From Pyrobaculum calidifontis JCM 11548 (lineage in GTDB: Archaea > Thermoproteota > Thermoprotei > Thermoproteales > Thermoproteaceae), in assembly GCF_000015805.1 (NCBI RefSeq), contig NC_009073.1, positions 1,530,001 through 1,562,000 of the forward strand: 32,000 bases of DNA, written 5' to 3'. This document shows, piece after piece, positions 15,257 through 23,706 of this stretch (position 1 is its first letter; the number at the start of each line of letters is the position of its first letter). The notes beneath the pieces are model-generated. The model was not told where the DNA came from. It saw only the letters and a program-made list of their open reading frames with translations, and did no database searches. Position numbers and translations under genes: made by a program.

Positions 15257-16504
15257 ATGTATGACTATGTGGTAGTGGGGGCGGGGGTCGTGGGCATGGC
15301 CACGGCCTTTCATATCAAGCGCCTTGCGCCACGCGCCAAGGTTTTAGTCGTGGATCAAAACGTGGGCGTTGGAATGGGGGATACGGCTAGGTCGGCCGCG
15401 GCCTTTAGGACTATATTCACGTCGTGGATAAACCGGGCCTTGGCCAAGTCCAGCGTCGACTTTTACCGCAGTGTCCAGAGCAGGGGGGTGGACTTGGGGA
15501 TGAGGTTCGTGGGGTACCTCTTCCTAGTGCCTGAGGAGTCGAGGGAGGCGATGTTGAAAGTCGTCGAAGAGCTTAGGCGGATGGGGGTGGGGGTTGACGT
15601 CTTTGAGAAATTGGACATGCCCATTAGGTTTAGAGTGAGAGACGACGAAGAGGCTAGAGAGATGGGGCTTCCCGACGTGGCGTTCTCTATCTTGGTGAGA
15701 GATGCGGGGATAATAGACCCGGAGAGGGTGGTTAGATACTACTACGAGCAGTACCTCAACGAGGGCGGCGAGGTGCTGTTTAACGCAAAGGTAGAGAGCG
15801 TGGCCTTTTCGCCGAAGAGGCCAATTGGGATCCCCGGCGAGCCGTTTCCTTGGCAGGATGTAAAAGTGAGAGGCGTGGAGACCACTGCGGGCTTCGTGGA
15901 GGCGAAGAACGTGGTTTTGGCCACGGGGGCCTGGACTGAGCGGCTTGCCGACGCTTTGGGCTTTGGGCTCCCCATAAAGCCTAGGAAGCGGCAAGTCTTT
16001 GTGGTAAATGCTGAGGGCGAGTTGGAGGACCTACTGCTGTCCGGCCTGGCCGAGCGGTATGCCCCAATGATCATATTGCCCAGGGGGATCTACATCAGGC
16101 CTGAGCCGTCTGAGAAGACCTTCTGGATAGGAGTCGCCGATAGGAGGCCGTACCGCTTTGAGGACCCCCCAGAGCCAGAGGAGACGCTGTGGCGCTATGG
16201 CATTTACCCAGTGTTGACGAAGTACGTCCCCGCCTTTGAGGGGAAGACTCCGCAAGCCGCGTGGGCAGGCCACTACGACGAAAACGTAGTGGACTATCAG
16301 CCGATAGTTGATAGGCTAGCCGAGGGGTTGTACATTGCGGCTGGGACCTCGGGGTCGGGGATCATGAAGGCAGACGCCGTTGGGAGAATTGCCGCGTACC
16401 TAGCCCTGGGGTATGAGAAGGCAGAACTCTACGGGGGAACCGTGGTGGAGAGCAACGTCCTAAAGGCAAATAGGTGCCTGGAGCCGGAGAGACTTGTGAT
16501 ATGA
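15257..16504 (+). CDS. FAD-dependent oxidoreductase (DAO/glycine-sarcosine oxidase-like family)
   Basis: N-terminal Rossmann dinucleotide motif MYDYVVVGAGVVGMATAF...VVDQ. Its 415 aa are typical of the DAO family. Confidence 0.75.
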   Translation: MYDYVVVGAGVVGMATAFHIKRLAPRAKVLVVDQNVGVGMGDTARSAAAFRTIFTSWINRALAKSSVDFYRSVQSRGVDLGMRFVGYLFLVPEESREAMLKVVEELRRMGVGVDVFEKLDMPIRFRVRDDEEAREMGLPDVAFSILVRDAGIIDPERVVRYYYEQYLNEGGEVLFNAKVESVAFSPKRPIGIPGEPFPWQDVKVRGVETTAGFVEAKNVVLATGAWTERLADALGFGLPIKPRKRQVFVVNAEGELEDLLLSGLAERYAPMIILPRGIYIRPEPSEKTFWIGVADRRPYRFEDPPEPEETLWRYGIYPVLTKYVPAFEGKTPQAAWAGHYDENVVDYQPIVDRLAEGLYIAAGTSGSGIMKADAVGRIAAYLALGYEKAELYGGTVVESNVLKANRCLEPERLVI

Positions 16505-16668
16505 TTGAGGAAGAGCTACGGCGGTGGCTAGCGGCGGCTAAGAAGAGCGGCAAGAAGGGGTGGGTTTTAGTCAAGGGCGGGGAAGTGGTGGGCGTATTCA
16601 GCGACAGAAGAGACGCAATAGCAAGCGCACAGGAGCCGGGGGTATACCTACTAGTGCTTGTTGAATAG
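16501..16668 (+). CDS. Small hypothetical protein (55 aa), translationally coupled to the FAD oxidoreductase
   Basis: ATG 16501 overlaps the upstream TGA (ATGA). The protein is MIEEELRRWLAAAKKSGKKGWVLVKGGEVVGVFSDRRDAIASAQEPGVYLLVLVE. The ORF track lists a longer 16474 start. Confidence 0.45.
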   Translation: MIEEELRRWLAAAKKSGKKGWVLVKGGEVVGVFSDRRDAIASAQEPGVYLLVLVE

Positions 16669-16693
16669 ATATACTACCACCGTTGACAATTTG

Positions 16694-16701
16694 TTTTTAT
16701 A
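16694..16701 (+). promoter_or_regulatory. TATA box (TTTTTATA) for sucCD
   Basis: Centred about 25 nt upstream of ATG 16723. Confidence 0.45.
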
Positions 16702-16722
16702 GGGGGAGAACCCATCCCCACT

Positions 16723-17871
16723 ATGAAGTTGCACGAATATGAGGCAAAGGAGCTTTTCGCAAAGTACGGGGTAAAGATCCCGCCGGGCAGGCTGGCGCTC
16801 ACGCCTGAGGAAGTGCGCAAAGCGGCGGAGGAGATGGGGCCGCCGGTTGTGCTAAAGGCGCAGGTGGTGGTGGCTGGGCGCGGCAAGGCCGGCGGCATAA
16901 AAGTGGCCAAACGCGTGGAAGAGGCGTATGAGCTGTCGAAGCAGATGTTTGGGATGAATATAAAGGGCCTAACGGTGAGGAAGCTGTATGTGACTAAGTA
17001 CTTGGAGGTGGAGAGGGAGATGTACCTCTCCCTCATCATAGATAGGGCCACTCGGCGGTTTCTCTTCCTCGCCTCGCCCGTGGGAGGCATGGACATCGAG
17101 GAAATCGCCAAGACTACCCCGGAGAAGATTAAGAGAGTGTACGTGGACCCCTTCGTGGGGCTTAGAGACTACCACGTCCGCTCTATAGTCTCGTGGCTCG
17201 GCTTTAGCCCAGGTACGGCTCAGTGGCAACAAGCGGCCTCCATTGTTCAAGCCATGTACAAGATAGCGGTGGACTACGACGCAGAGCTAGTGGAGTCCAA
17301 CCCTCTCGCCCTCACCAAGGAGGGCGACGTCGTGCCTCTCGACGCGAGGGTGATCGTAGATGACAACGCCTTGTTTAGACACCCAGAGCTGGAGAAGGCC
17401 CTCGAGGAGGACCCCCGCGACATCACGGAGTTTGAGGCCTACGCTAAGAAGATAGGCTTCCACTACGTGGAGCTCGACGGCGACATTGGCATAATAGGCA
17501 ACGGCGCCGGCCTCACTATGGCGACCATGGACTTAGTCTACCACTTCGGGGGCAGGCCGGCGAATTTCCTCGACATCGGCGGCGGCGCCAGCAGAGAGGT
17601 TGTGAGGGAGGCTGTGAAAGTCCTCCTCAACCACCCCAGGGCCAAGGTGATCTTCATAAACATCTTTGGCGGCATTACTAGGGCTGACGAAGTCGCCTAC
17701 GGCGTTAAAGAGGCCCTCCAAGCCGCTGGGGGTACCACAAAGAAGATCGTGGTAAGAATGAAGGGGACAAACGAGGAGCTTGGAAGAGCCATTTTAGCCG
17801 AAATAGGAGTACCACTCTTTGAAAGCGCCGAAGAGGCAGCTAAAAAGGCGGTAGAACTGGCCAAACTATGA
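16723..17871 (+). CDS. sucC: Succinyl-CoA synthetase (ADP-forming) beta subunit
   Basis: MKLHEYEAKELFAKYGVKIPPG... is the ATP-grasp N-terminus. The 382-aa size fits. It is followed by the alpha subunit with an ATGA overlap. Confidence 0.9.
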   Translation: MKLHEYEAKELFAKYGVKIPPGRLALTPEEVRKAAEEMGPPVVLKAQVVVAGRGKAGGIKVAKRVEEAYELSKQMFGMNIKGLTVRKLYVTKYLEVEREMYLSLIIDRATRRFLFLASPVGGMDIEEIAKTTPEKIKRVYVDPFVGLRDYHVRSIVSWLGFSPGTAQWQQAASIVQAMYKIAVDYDAELVESNPLALTKEGDVVPLDARVIVDDNALFRHPELEKALEEDPRDITEFEAYAKKIGFHYVELDGDIGIIGNGAGLTMATMDLVYHFGGRPANFLDIGGGASREVVREAVKVLLNHPRAKVIFINIFGGITRADEVAYGVKEALQAAGGTTKKIVVRMKGTNEELGRAILAEIGVPLFESAEEAAKKAVELAKL

Positions 17872-18749
17872 CAGTCCTCGTAAGCCCTAACACGAGAGTC
17901 GTAGTACAAGGCGCCACCGGCCGCGAAGGCTCTTTCCACCTACAGCGCATGTTGGAGTATGGTACAAAGGTAGTCGCCGGCGTGACTCCGGGCAAAGGCG
18001 GCACCACGGTCCACGGCGTGCCTGTGTACGACACCGTGGAGGAGGCGGTTAGACGCCACGGCGCCAACGCCTCTGTCGTATTTGTCCCAGCTAAGTTTGC
18101 CCCAGACGCCGTGCTGGAGGCCGTGGACGCAGGCATAGAGCTGGTGGTTGTAATAACGGAGCACATACCAATCCACGACACTCTCAGAGCCGTGAACTAC
18201 GCCAGGGTCAGGGGCGTCACAGTCATTGGGCCAAACTGCCCCGGAATAGTGGCTCCCCCGGTGAGGACAAAGCTCGGCATAATGCCCAATAACATATACC
18301 AGACCCCTGGAAAAATCGCCGTAGTTAGCAGGTCGGGGACTCTCACATACGAAATATCGTACCAGCTCGTGAAGGCCGGCTTTGGCATAAACATTGCCAT
18401 AGGCGTGGGCGGCGACCCGATAGTGGGACTCGACTTAATGGAGGCTACGGTAAAGGTGGCCGAGGACCCCGATGTGGATGGAATCGTGGTAATTGGCGAA
18501 GTGGGCGGCGACGCCGAGGAGAGGCTGGCGAAGCTCTACGCAGAGGGTGCTATTAAGAAGCCCATTGTAGCCTACGTGGCCGGCCGCACTGCCCCGCCGG
18601 GGAAGCGCATGGGCCACGCGGGGGCCATAGTAATGCTGGGATCCGGCGATGCGAGGGGCAAGATAGAGGCGTTTAAAGCCGCCGGGATCCCCGTCGCAGA
18701 GACCCCATTTGAGGTGCCTCAGCTCTTGGCTAAGCTGTTAAAGCGTTGA
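17868..18749 (+). CDS. sucD: Succinyl-CoA synthetase alpha subunit
   Basis: CoA-binding N-terminus VVVQGATGREG and phosphohistidine loop MGHAGAIV. 293 aa. Confidence 0.9.
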   Translation: MTVLVSPNTRVVVQGATGREGSFHLQRMLEYGTKVVAGVTPGKGGTTVHGVPVYDTVEEAVRRHGANASVVFVPAKFAPDAVLEAVDAGIELVVVITEHIPIHDTLRAVNYARVRGVTVIGPNCPGIVAPPVRTKLGIMPNNIYQTPGKIAVVSRSGTLTYEISYQLVKAGFGINIAIGVGGDPIVGLDLMEATVKVAEDPDVDGIVVIGEVGGDAEERLAKLYAEGAIKKPIVAYVAGRTAPPGKRMGHAGAIVMLGSGDARGKIEAFKAAGIPVAETPFEVPQLLAKLLKR

Positions 18750-18994
18750 AGTGCCAGATCTGCGGCTTTGAAGAAGCTGAGTTTAAGTGCCCCCTATGTG
18801 GGCGGAGGGTCTGCCGTTATGACTGGGAGGGGGATCGCTGTGCCGCATGCGCGTCTACGCTGTGTAAGATCTGCGGCGTCAGATTCTCCATAGCTACTTG
18901 CATGATTTGCGGAATCCCAGTGTGCGATGAGTGTAGCGTAAGGAGGGGACTGGGAAGAGTTTGTAAAAGATGTATAGAACTCCGTCGCATGTGA
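18746..18994 (+). CDS. Cysteine-rich small protein (82 aa, 15 Cys, seven CxxC pairs), putative multi-zinc-finger protein
   Basis: MKCQICGFEEAEFKCPLCGRRVCRYDWEGDRCAACASTLCKICGVRFSIATCMICGIPVCDECSVRRGLGRVCKRCIELRRM. The TTG start overlaps the sucD stop (TTGA at 18746-18749). Confidence 0.55.
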   Translation: MKCQICGFEEAEFKCPLCGRRVCRYDWEGDRCAACASTLCKICGVRFSIATCMICGIPVCDECSVRRGLGRVCKRCIELRRM

Positions 18995-19015
18995 ATATAC
19001 AATACATATAAATAA

Positions 19016-19025
19016 CTTTATATAG
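19016..19025 (+). promoter_or_regulatory. TATA box (CTTTATATAG) for the aminotransferase/threonine dehydratase pair
   Basis: Centred about 24 nt upstream of ATG 19045, within an AT-rich 50-nt gap. Confidence 0.45.
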
Positions 19026-19044
19026 ACTGGGCTTGGAGACGCAT

Positions 19045-20244
19045 ATGGACATCGGCAAGCTTCTGGCGGAGCGTACCAAGTATATGACCGCCAGCGAGAT
19101 TAGGGAGTTGCTCAAGTGGGCGACCGTGGACGTGATTTCGTTTGGAGGGGGCATGCCGGACCCCTCCACGTTCCCCGTGGAGGATATCCAAAAGATCGTC
19201 AACTATGTCCTCGAGGCGTATCCACACAAGGCCCTCCAGTATGGGTCAACTGAGGGAGTCTACGAGCTACGCCAAGAAATTGCAAAATTTAGCGAGGAGC
19301 ACCACGGAATTAAGACCAAGGCTGAGAACGTCCTTGTGACAGTGGGGTCGCAGGAGGCGCTGGAGTTGCTCGGCCGCGTTTTTATAAACCCCGGCGACGT
19401 GGTTATTACAGAGAACCCGACCTACCTGGCCGCGTTGCAGGCGTGGCGCGTGTACCAGCCCAAGCTAGTGGGCATACCGATGGACGAGCACGGCATGATT
19501 GTAGAGCTGTTAGAGGACAAGGTGAGGGAGCTGTTGGCCAGGGGCGAGAGGATAAAATTCATCTACACGATCCCCACGGCGCAGAACCCCACTGGCATTA
19601 CAATGACGCAGGACAGGCGCAAGTACCTCCTAGAGGTGGCGGAGCGGTACGACTTACTCATCGTGGAAGACGACCCCTACTCCTACTTCCTCTTTGAGCC
19701 TATACAAGTGGCCCCAATAAAGGCGTTGGACAAGTCGGATAGAGTGATCTACCTCTCCACGGCGTCTAAGATTTTTGCGCCGGGCTTCCGCCTCGGCTGG
19801 GTTGTGGCGAGTGAGGAGGTGATTAAGTGGTTCTACTTGGCCAAGCAGTCGCTTAACTTAAACACCTCGAACTTTGTGCAATACATATTCTTGGAGGGGC
19901 TTAGGCGCGGCGTGGTGACTAAAAATCTGCCGCGGGTTAAAGAGCTATACAAGAGGAAGCGCGACGCCATGTTGGCTGCCTTGGAGACCTACATGCCTGA
20001 AGGCGTGAGGTGGACCCGGCCCTCGGGCGGCATGTTCGTATGGGCCACCGTCCCGCCGCAGATAGACACGCGGGAGCTGTTGCGCAAGGCCGTCACCCAG
20101 TACAAGGTGGCCTTTATCCCTGGCCACGGCTTCTTCGTCGACGAGTCTGTCAAAAACGCCATGAGGCTAAACTTCACCTACCCCTCTTTTGAGCAAATAA
20201 ACGAGGGCATCCGCCGCCTCGCTCTGGCAATTAAAGAGGCATGA
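19045..20244 (+). CDS. PLP-dependent aminotransferase, class I/II (ARO8/LysN-like)
   Basis: The ORF track starts at TTG 19033. ATG 19045 gives MDIGKLLAERTKYMTASEIRELLK...ISFGGGMPDP. The PLP-lysine region is STASKIFAPGFRLGW. Confidence 0.8.
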   Translation: MDIGKLLAERTKYMTASEIRELLKWATVDVISFGGGMPDPSTFPVEDIQKIVNYVLEAYPHKALQYGSTEGVYELRQEIAKFSEEHHGIKTKAENVLVTVGSQEALELLGRVFINPGDVVITENPTYLAALQAWRVYQPKLVGIPMDEHGMIVELLEDKVRELLARGERIKFIYTIPTAQNPTGITMTQDRRKYLLEVAERYDLLIVEDDPYSYFLFEPIQVAPIKALDKSDRVIYLSTASKIFAPGFRLGWVVASEEVIKWFYLAKQSLNLNTSNFVQYIFLEGLRRGVVTKNLPRVKELYKRKRDAMLAALETYMPEGVRWTRPSGGMFVWATVPPQIDTRELLRKAVTQYKVAFIPGHGFFVDESVKNAMRLNFTYPSFEQINEGIRRLALAIKEA

Positions 20245-21452
20245 TACTTCTCGAAGAGGCTTTAGAGGTAATTAGGCAGAAGCAGAGCGAGGGCAAGATC
20301 CACAGAACTCCCACGCTTAGGTCTGAGTCTCTGTCGAGGATAGTGGGCGGCGACGTCTATCTAAAGCTTGAGGCGCTTCAGAAGACTGGCTCCTTCAAGA
20401 TAAGGGGGGCCTACTTCGCCATGCACAAGTACATACAGGAGGGGTACAGAGAATTTATAACCGCCTCCTCGGGCAACCACGCCCAGGGGGTGGCCTACGC
20501 GGCGCAGTTGCACGGGGTAAAGGCCACCGTGGTTATGCCGGAGACTACGCCGTGGCTCAAGGTGAAGAAGACCCAGGACTATGGGGCCTCCGTAGTTTTA
20601 TACGGCGAGAGCTACTACGAGGCGGAGAAGAGAGCCCGTGAGCTGGTTAGGGAGGGGGTAAAGTTCCTCCACGCCTACGACGACTACTATGTGATATCGG
20701 GCCAGGCCACGCTAGGCGCCGAAATTGTCGAAGACGTGCCCGACGTAGATGTCGTCGTAGTGCCCGTGGGAGGGGGCGGCCTAATATCCGGTGTCGCCTA
20801 TGCGGTAAAGAGGCGGAGACCTAGCGTGAAGATTATAGGCGTGCAGGCCAGCGGGGCGCCAGCGGCTTATTTGTCCTTCCGCGAGGGTAAGCCTGTCACA
20901 ATAGAAAAAGTGGATACAATAGCCGACGGCATAGCGGTTAAGCGGCCCGGCGATATAACGCTGAAGCTTATGCGCGAATATGTCGACGACATAGTATTAG
21001 TGAACGACAACGAGATAGCCGACGCCATATACCTACTCATTGAGCGGTCCAGAGTAGTCGCCGAGGGGGCGGGCGCGGCTTCTGTCGCCGCGCTGTTGAG
21101 CGGGAAGATAGACGCCAGGGGAAAGAAGGTGGCGGCCGTGGTCTCCGGCGGCAACATAGACGCGCCAATACTAATGAGGGTGTTAATGAAGTCTCTGGCG
21201 AGGCAGAGGAGGGTTGTGAAGCTCGTCGGAGAGGTCCCCGACAGGCCGGGCACCTTGGCCAAGGCCTCGGCAATCTTGGCGGCTCACAATGTGAACATTC
21301 TAGAGGTCTTCCACGAGCGGTATGACCCAGAGCAGAGGCCAAACTACGTCCGCCTAATCTTTGTGGTAGAGATCCCTGGGACTCTCGACATCGCTAAGCT
21401 GTTAGACGAGCTTGAGAAAAACGGCTTCTTCTTCGAGGCGTCTCAACGCTAG
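20241..21452 (+). CDS. Threonine ammonia-lyase (threonine dehydratase), PLP-dependent, with a C-terminal ACT-like domain
   Basis: PLP-lysine motif KLEALQKTGSFKIRGA, glycine loop VPVGGGGLISG, and a C-terminal regulatory domain of about 80 aa. It has an ATGA overlap with the upstream aminotransferase. Confidence 0.8.
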   Translation: MILLEEALEVIRQKQSEGKIHRTPTLRSESLSRIVGGDVYLKLEALQKTGSFKIRGAYFAMHKYIQEGYREFITASSGNHAQGVAYAAQLHGVKATVVMPETTPWLKVKKTQDYGASVVLYGESYYEAEKRARELVREGVKFLHAYDDYYVISGQATLGAEIVEDVPDVDVVVVPVGGGGLISGVAYAVKRRRPSVKIIGVQASGAPAAYLSFREGKPVTIEKVDTIADGIAVKRPGDITLKLMREYVDDIVLVNDNEIADAIYLLIERSRVVAEGAGAASVAALLSGKIDARGKKVAAVVSGGNIDAPILMRVLMKSLARQRRVVKLVGEVPDRPGTLAKASAILAAHNVNILEVFHERYDPEQRPNYVRLIFVVEIPGTLDIAKLLDELEKNGFFFEASQR

Positions 21453-21458
21453 TACAAC

Positions 21459-21469
21459 GTTTTAAAATC
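21459..21469 (+). promoter_or_regulatory. TATA box (GTTTTAAAATC) for alaX
   Basis: Centred about 24 nt upstream of ATG 21488. Confidence 0.45.
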
Positions 21470-21487
21470 ACAACTATAACCGCTCCA

Positions 21488-22204
21488 ATGAGGACTAAGC
21501 TCCTGTACCAAGAGGACTCTTACATAAGAGAGTTTGAGGCAACTGTGCTGGAGGTCAACGGGGTAGAGGTGGTTTTGGACAAGACGGCGTTTCACGACGG
21601 GACAGGCGGCGTCCAAGCCGACACGGGGGTGCTGATATTTGGGGGAGAGGTATACCAAGCCGTTGCTGCGCACAAGGGCGGCGAGGTAGCCCACGTCTTG
21701 GACAGGGCGCCTGCCTTTAGGCCCGGCGACGTTGTAAAAGGCGTGTTGGACTGGGAGAAGCGCTACCGGAAGATGCGCCTTCACACGGCGGCACACATCC
21801 TCGCCGCTGTGTTGTACAACAAGTACAACGCGTTGATAACGGGAGGCGATATTACACATGAGTACGCCCGCGACGACTTCAACATAGAGGGAGACATGGC
21901 CGCTGTTAGAAAGGCATTTGAAGAAGCTGTGGCAGAGGCCAACGCCATAGCGCAGAGAGGCATCGACGTAAAGGTGTACTGGCTTCCCAGAGAGGAGGCG
22001 CTTAAGATCCCCGGCGTCGTGAAACTGGCGGAAAAGATGCCGCCCAACATCCCCATCCTCAGGATTGTGGAAATACCCGGCGTCGACATTCAAGCAGATG
22101 GGGGGCCCCACGTCCGCAACACGAGGGAGATAGGGACAATCAAGATTCTGAAGATTGAAAATAGGGGGAAGGGCAAGAAGCGGCTTTACTACACCGTGGA
22201 GTAG
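21488..22204 (+). CDS. alaX: Alanyl-tRNA editing protein AlaX (AlaX-M type, AlaRS second-additional-domain homologue)
   Basis: The N-terminus LYQEDSYIREFEATVLEV...LDKTAFHDGTGGVQADTG is AlaRS-like. The HxxxH motif is HTAAHIL. The C-terminal ...DGGPHVRNTREIG aligns to the CGGTHV region. Confidence 0.75.
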   Translation: MRTKLLYQEDSYIREFEATVLEVNGVEVVLDKTAFHDGTGGVQADTGVLIFGGEVYQAVAAHKGGEVAHVLDRAPAFRPGDVVKGVLDWEKRYRKMRLHTAAHILAAVLYNKYNALITGGDITHEYARDDFNIEGDMAAVRKAFEEAVAEANAIAQRGIDVKVYWLPREEALKIPGVVKLAEKMPPNIPILRIVEIPGVDIQADGGPHVRNTREIGTIKILKIENRGKGKKRLYYTVE

Positions 22205-23706
22205 TGGACTTAGGCATAGTCTCAATAGCGATTTTACTCGGCGTACTCCTCGCATATATTCTCGACAGAATTGGAATACCTCCCCTCCTCGGGTTTTTCC
22301 TATCTGGGCTAGTGGTGGGGAGGCTCTTCGACTTTTCTATGCCAGAGGCGTATCTACAAGTTCTACTAGCCCTTCTCGCATTTGAAGTTGGGCGTCAGCT
22401 CGGCGCCGCGGGCTTGTCACCTGCTGCTTTCTTCGCAGTGTTATTAGAGGCGGCTTTGATCCTCGGCTTCTCCATGGCCCTCTTCCTCCTCGTCCGCTCC
22501 TCTGTGGCAGAGGCGCTGGTGGCCTCTGTCATGATGTTGAGCTCCTCCAGCGTATTGGCGCTTAGGTTCTCCCAAGCTCTTCCCGAGAACGCCAGAGGAA
22601 TAGCGCTGTCTCTCACCACATTGGAAGATGCAGTCCTCTTCTTCGCCCTTAGCCTGCTGTTGGGGGGCGGCAGCTTTGCTAATTTGCCCATTGCCCTAGC
22701 CGTACTCGCCGCCCTAAGCCTCGCCGCGTTGGCCATATTCTCCCAGGTGTACAAATATATCGTAGGCCGCGAGTACGCCCTGCCCTTCGCCATAGCCATG
22801 TCATTTGGCTTCTTCTACGTAGTTCAGTACCTCCAAATAGCATCTCCCTTAATAGGCGCCTTCATAGGTGGCTACCTCTTCTCAAAAGCCGACGTATATA
22901 AGATGCACGAAAAAGAGGCAACCGCGCTTTCTGGCCTCTTGATATACTTCTACGCCTTGGCTGTGGGGCTTTCAGTCCCATCTGCAGAAATTAGGCCAGA
23001 CCTACTTCTGTTAAGCTTCGCAGTAGCCCTCTTCTCGGTGCTTGTGAGAGCTACCGCCGCCTTCTTAAGCTCTCTCTTAACCACGGGCCAGCCGAAGACG
23101 TCAACTGACGTGGCGCTGTCTGTTGCACATGTTTCTGAGCTCTCTATTTCAATCCCAGTAGCGGCCTCCTTCCTCTTGAAGGAGGCAAGCCTAACCTTCG
23201 CGCTGGCGATTTCGCCGGTCTTTACCCTATTTCTCGCGCCAGTGGTGTGGCGACATAAGAGCTGGTTTGAAAAAGCCGTGGCCTCTAGAGTGAGAGAGGT
23301 GCAGACTGTCGTGGCGTACGAGAAGCTGTATAGGGTAGTTACACACGCCTTTCTCACGGCGACTAAGTTGGCGATGCTGGCGCTTGCCACGGCGTTTCTC
23401 CTGGCCTACCTATGGCCCATATCTCTGGCCGTGGTGGCCGTGCTTGCCTACTACCTATTCAAGTACTCGAGCGAAATATACCGCGACCTACTTATAGCCT
23501 TGAGAGAGCTAGGAGGAGCAAGGTACGCCAGTTTTGCCGTGCTGGCATCCACCCTCGCCTTGGCTCTGTATGTGGCGCTTGTGTTAATGGCGAAGGTCCC
23601 CGAGCTACATTTATACTCATCCATAGTCATCACGGCGATGACGATATACTTCCTATACGGAGTTTACAGAGGGCTGAGCACAAAGAGAGCGGAGAAGCGC
23701 GTCTAG
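22204..23706 (+). CDS. Cation:proton antiporter family membrane protein (Na+/H+ exchanger/Kef-like)
   Basis: 500 aa, polytopic. The N-terminus LLGVLLAYILDRIGIPPLLGFFLSGLVVG matches the Na_H_exchanger family start. The GTG start overlaps the alaX TAG by 1 nt. Confidence 0.6.
   Translation: MDLGIVSIAILLGVLLAYILDRIGIPPLLGFFLSGLVVGRLFDFSMPEAYLQVLLALLAFEVGRQLGAAGLSPAAFFAVLLEAALILGFSMALFLLVRSSVAEALVASVMMLSSSSVLALRFSQALPENARGIALSLTTLEDAVLFFALSLLLGGGSFANLPIALAVLAALSLAALAIFSQVYKYIVGREYALPFAIAMSFGFFYVVQYLQIASPLIGAFIGGYLFSKADVYKMHEKEATALSGLLIYFYALAVGLSVPSAEIRPDLLLLSFAVALFSVLVRATAAFLSSLLTTGQPKTSTDVALSVAHVSELSISIPVAASFLLKEASLTFALAISPVFTLFLAPVVWRHKSWFEKAVASRVREVQTVVAYEKLYRVVTHAFLTATKLAMLALATAFLLAYLWPISLAVVAVLAYYLFKYSSEIYRDLLIALRELGGARYASFAVLASTLALALYVALVLMAKVPELHLYSSIVITAMTIYFLYGVYRGLSTKRAEKRV

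Noticed and set aside
21449-22255. 268-aa ORF on the minus strand, longer than the alaX ORF it overlaps
   Set aside because: Its sequence is low-complexity (R/L/P/V-rich) with no motifs. The plus-strand frame carries the AlaRS-like N-terminus and the HxxxH editing motif. Long antisense shadow ORFs are typical in GC-rich DNA.
23637-23676. AUGACGA ... CUGA pair at the 3' end of the antiporter gene, considered as a C/D box sRNA
   Set aside because: The C box is imperfect and there are no internal D'/C' boxes or terminal stem. The spacing alone is not diagnostic.
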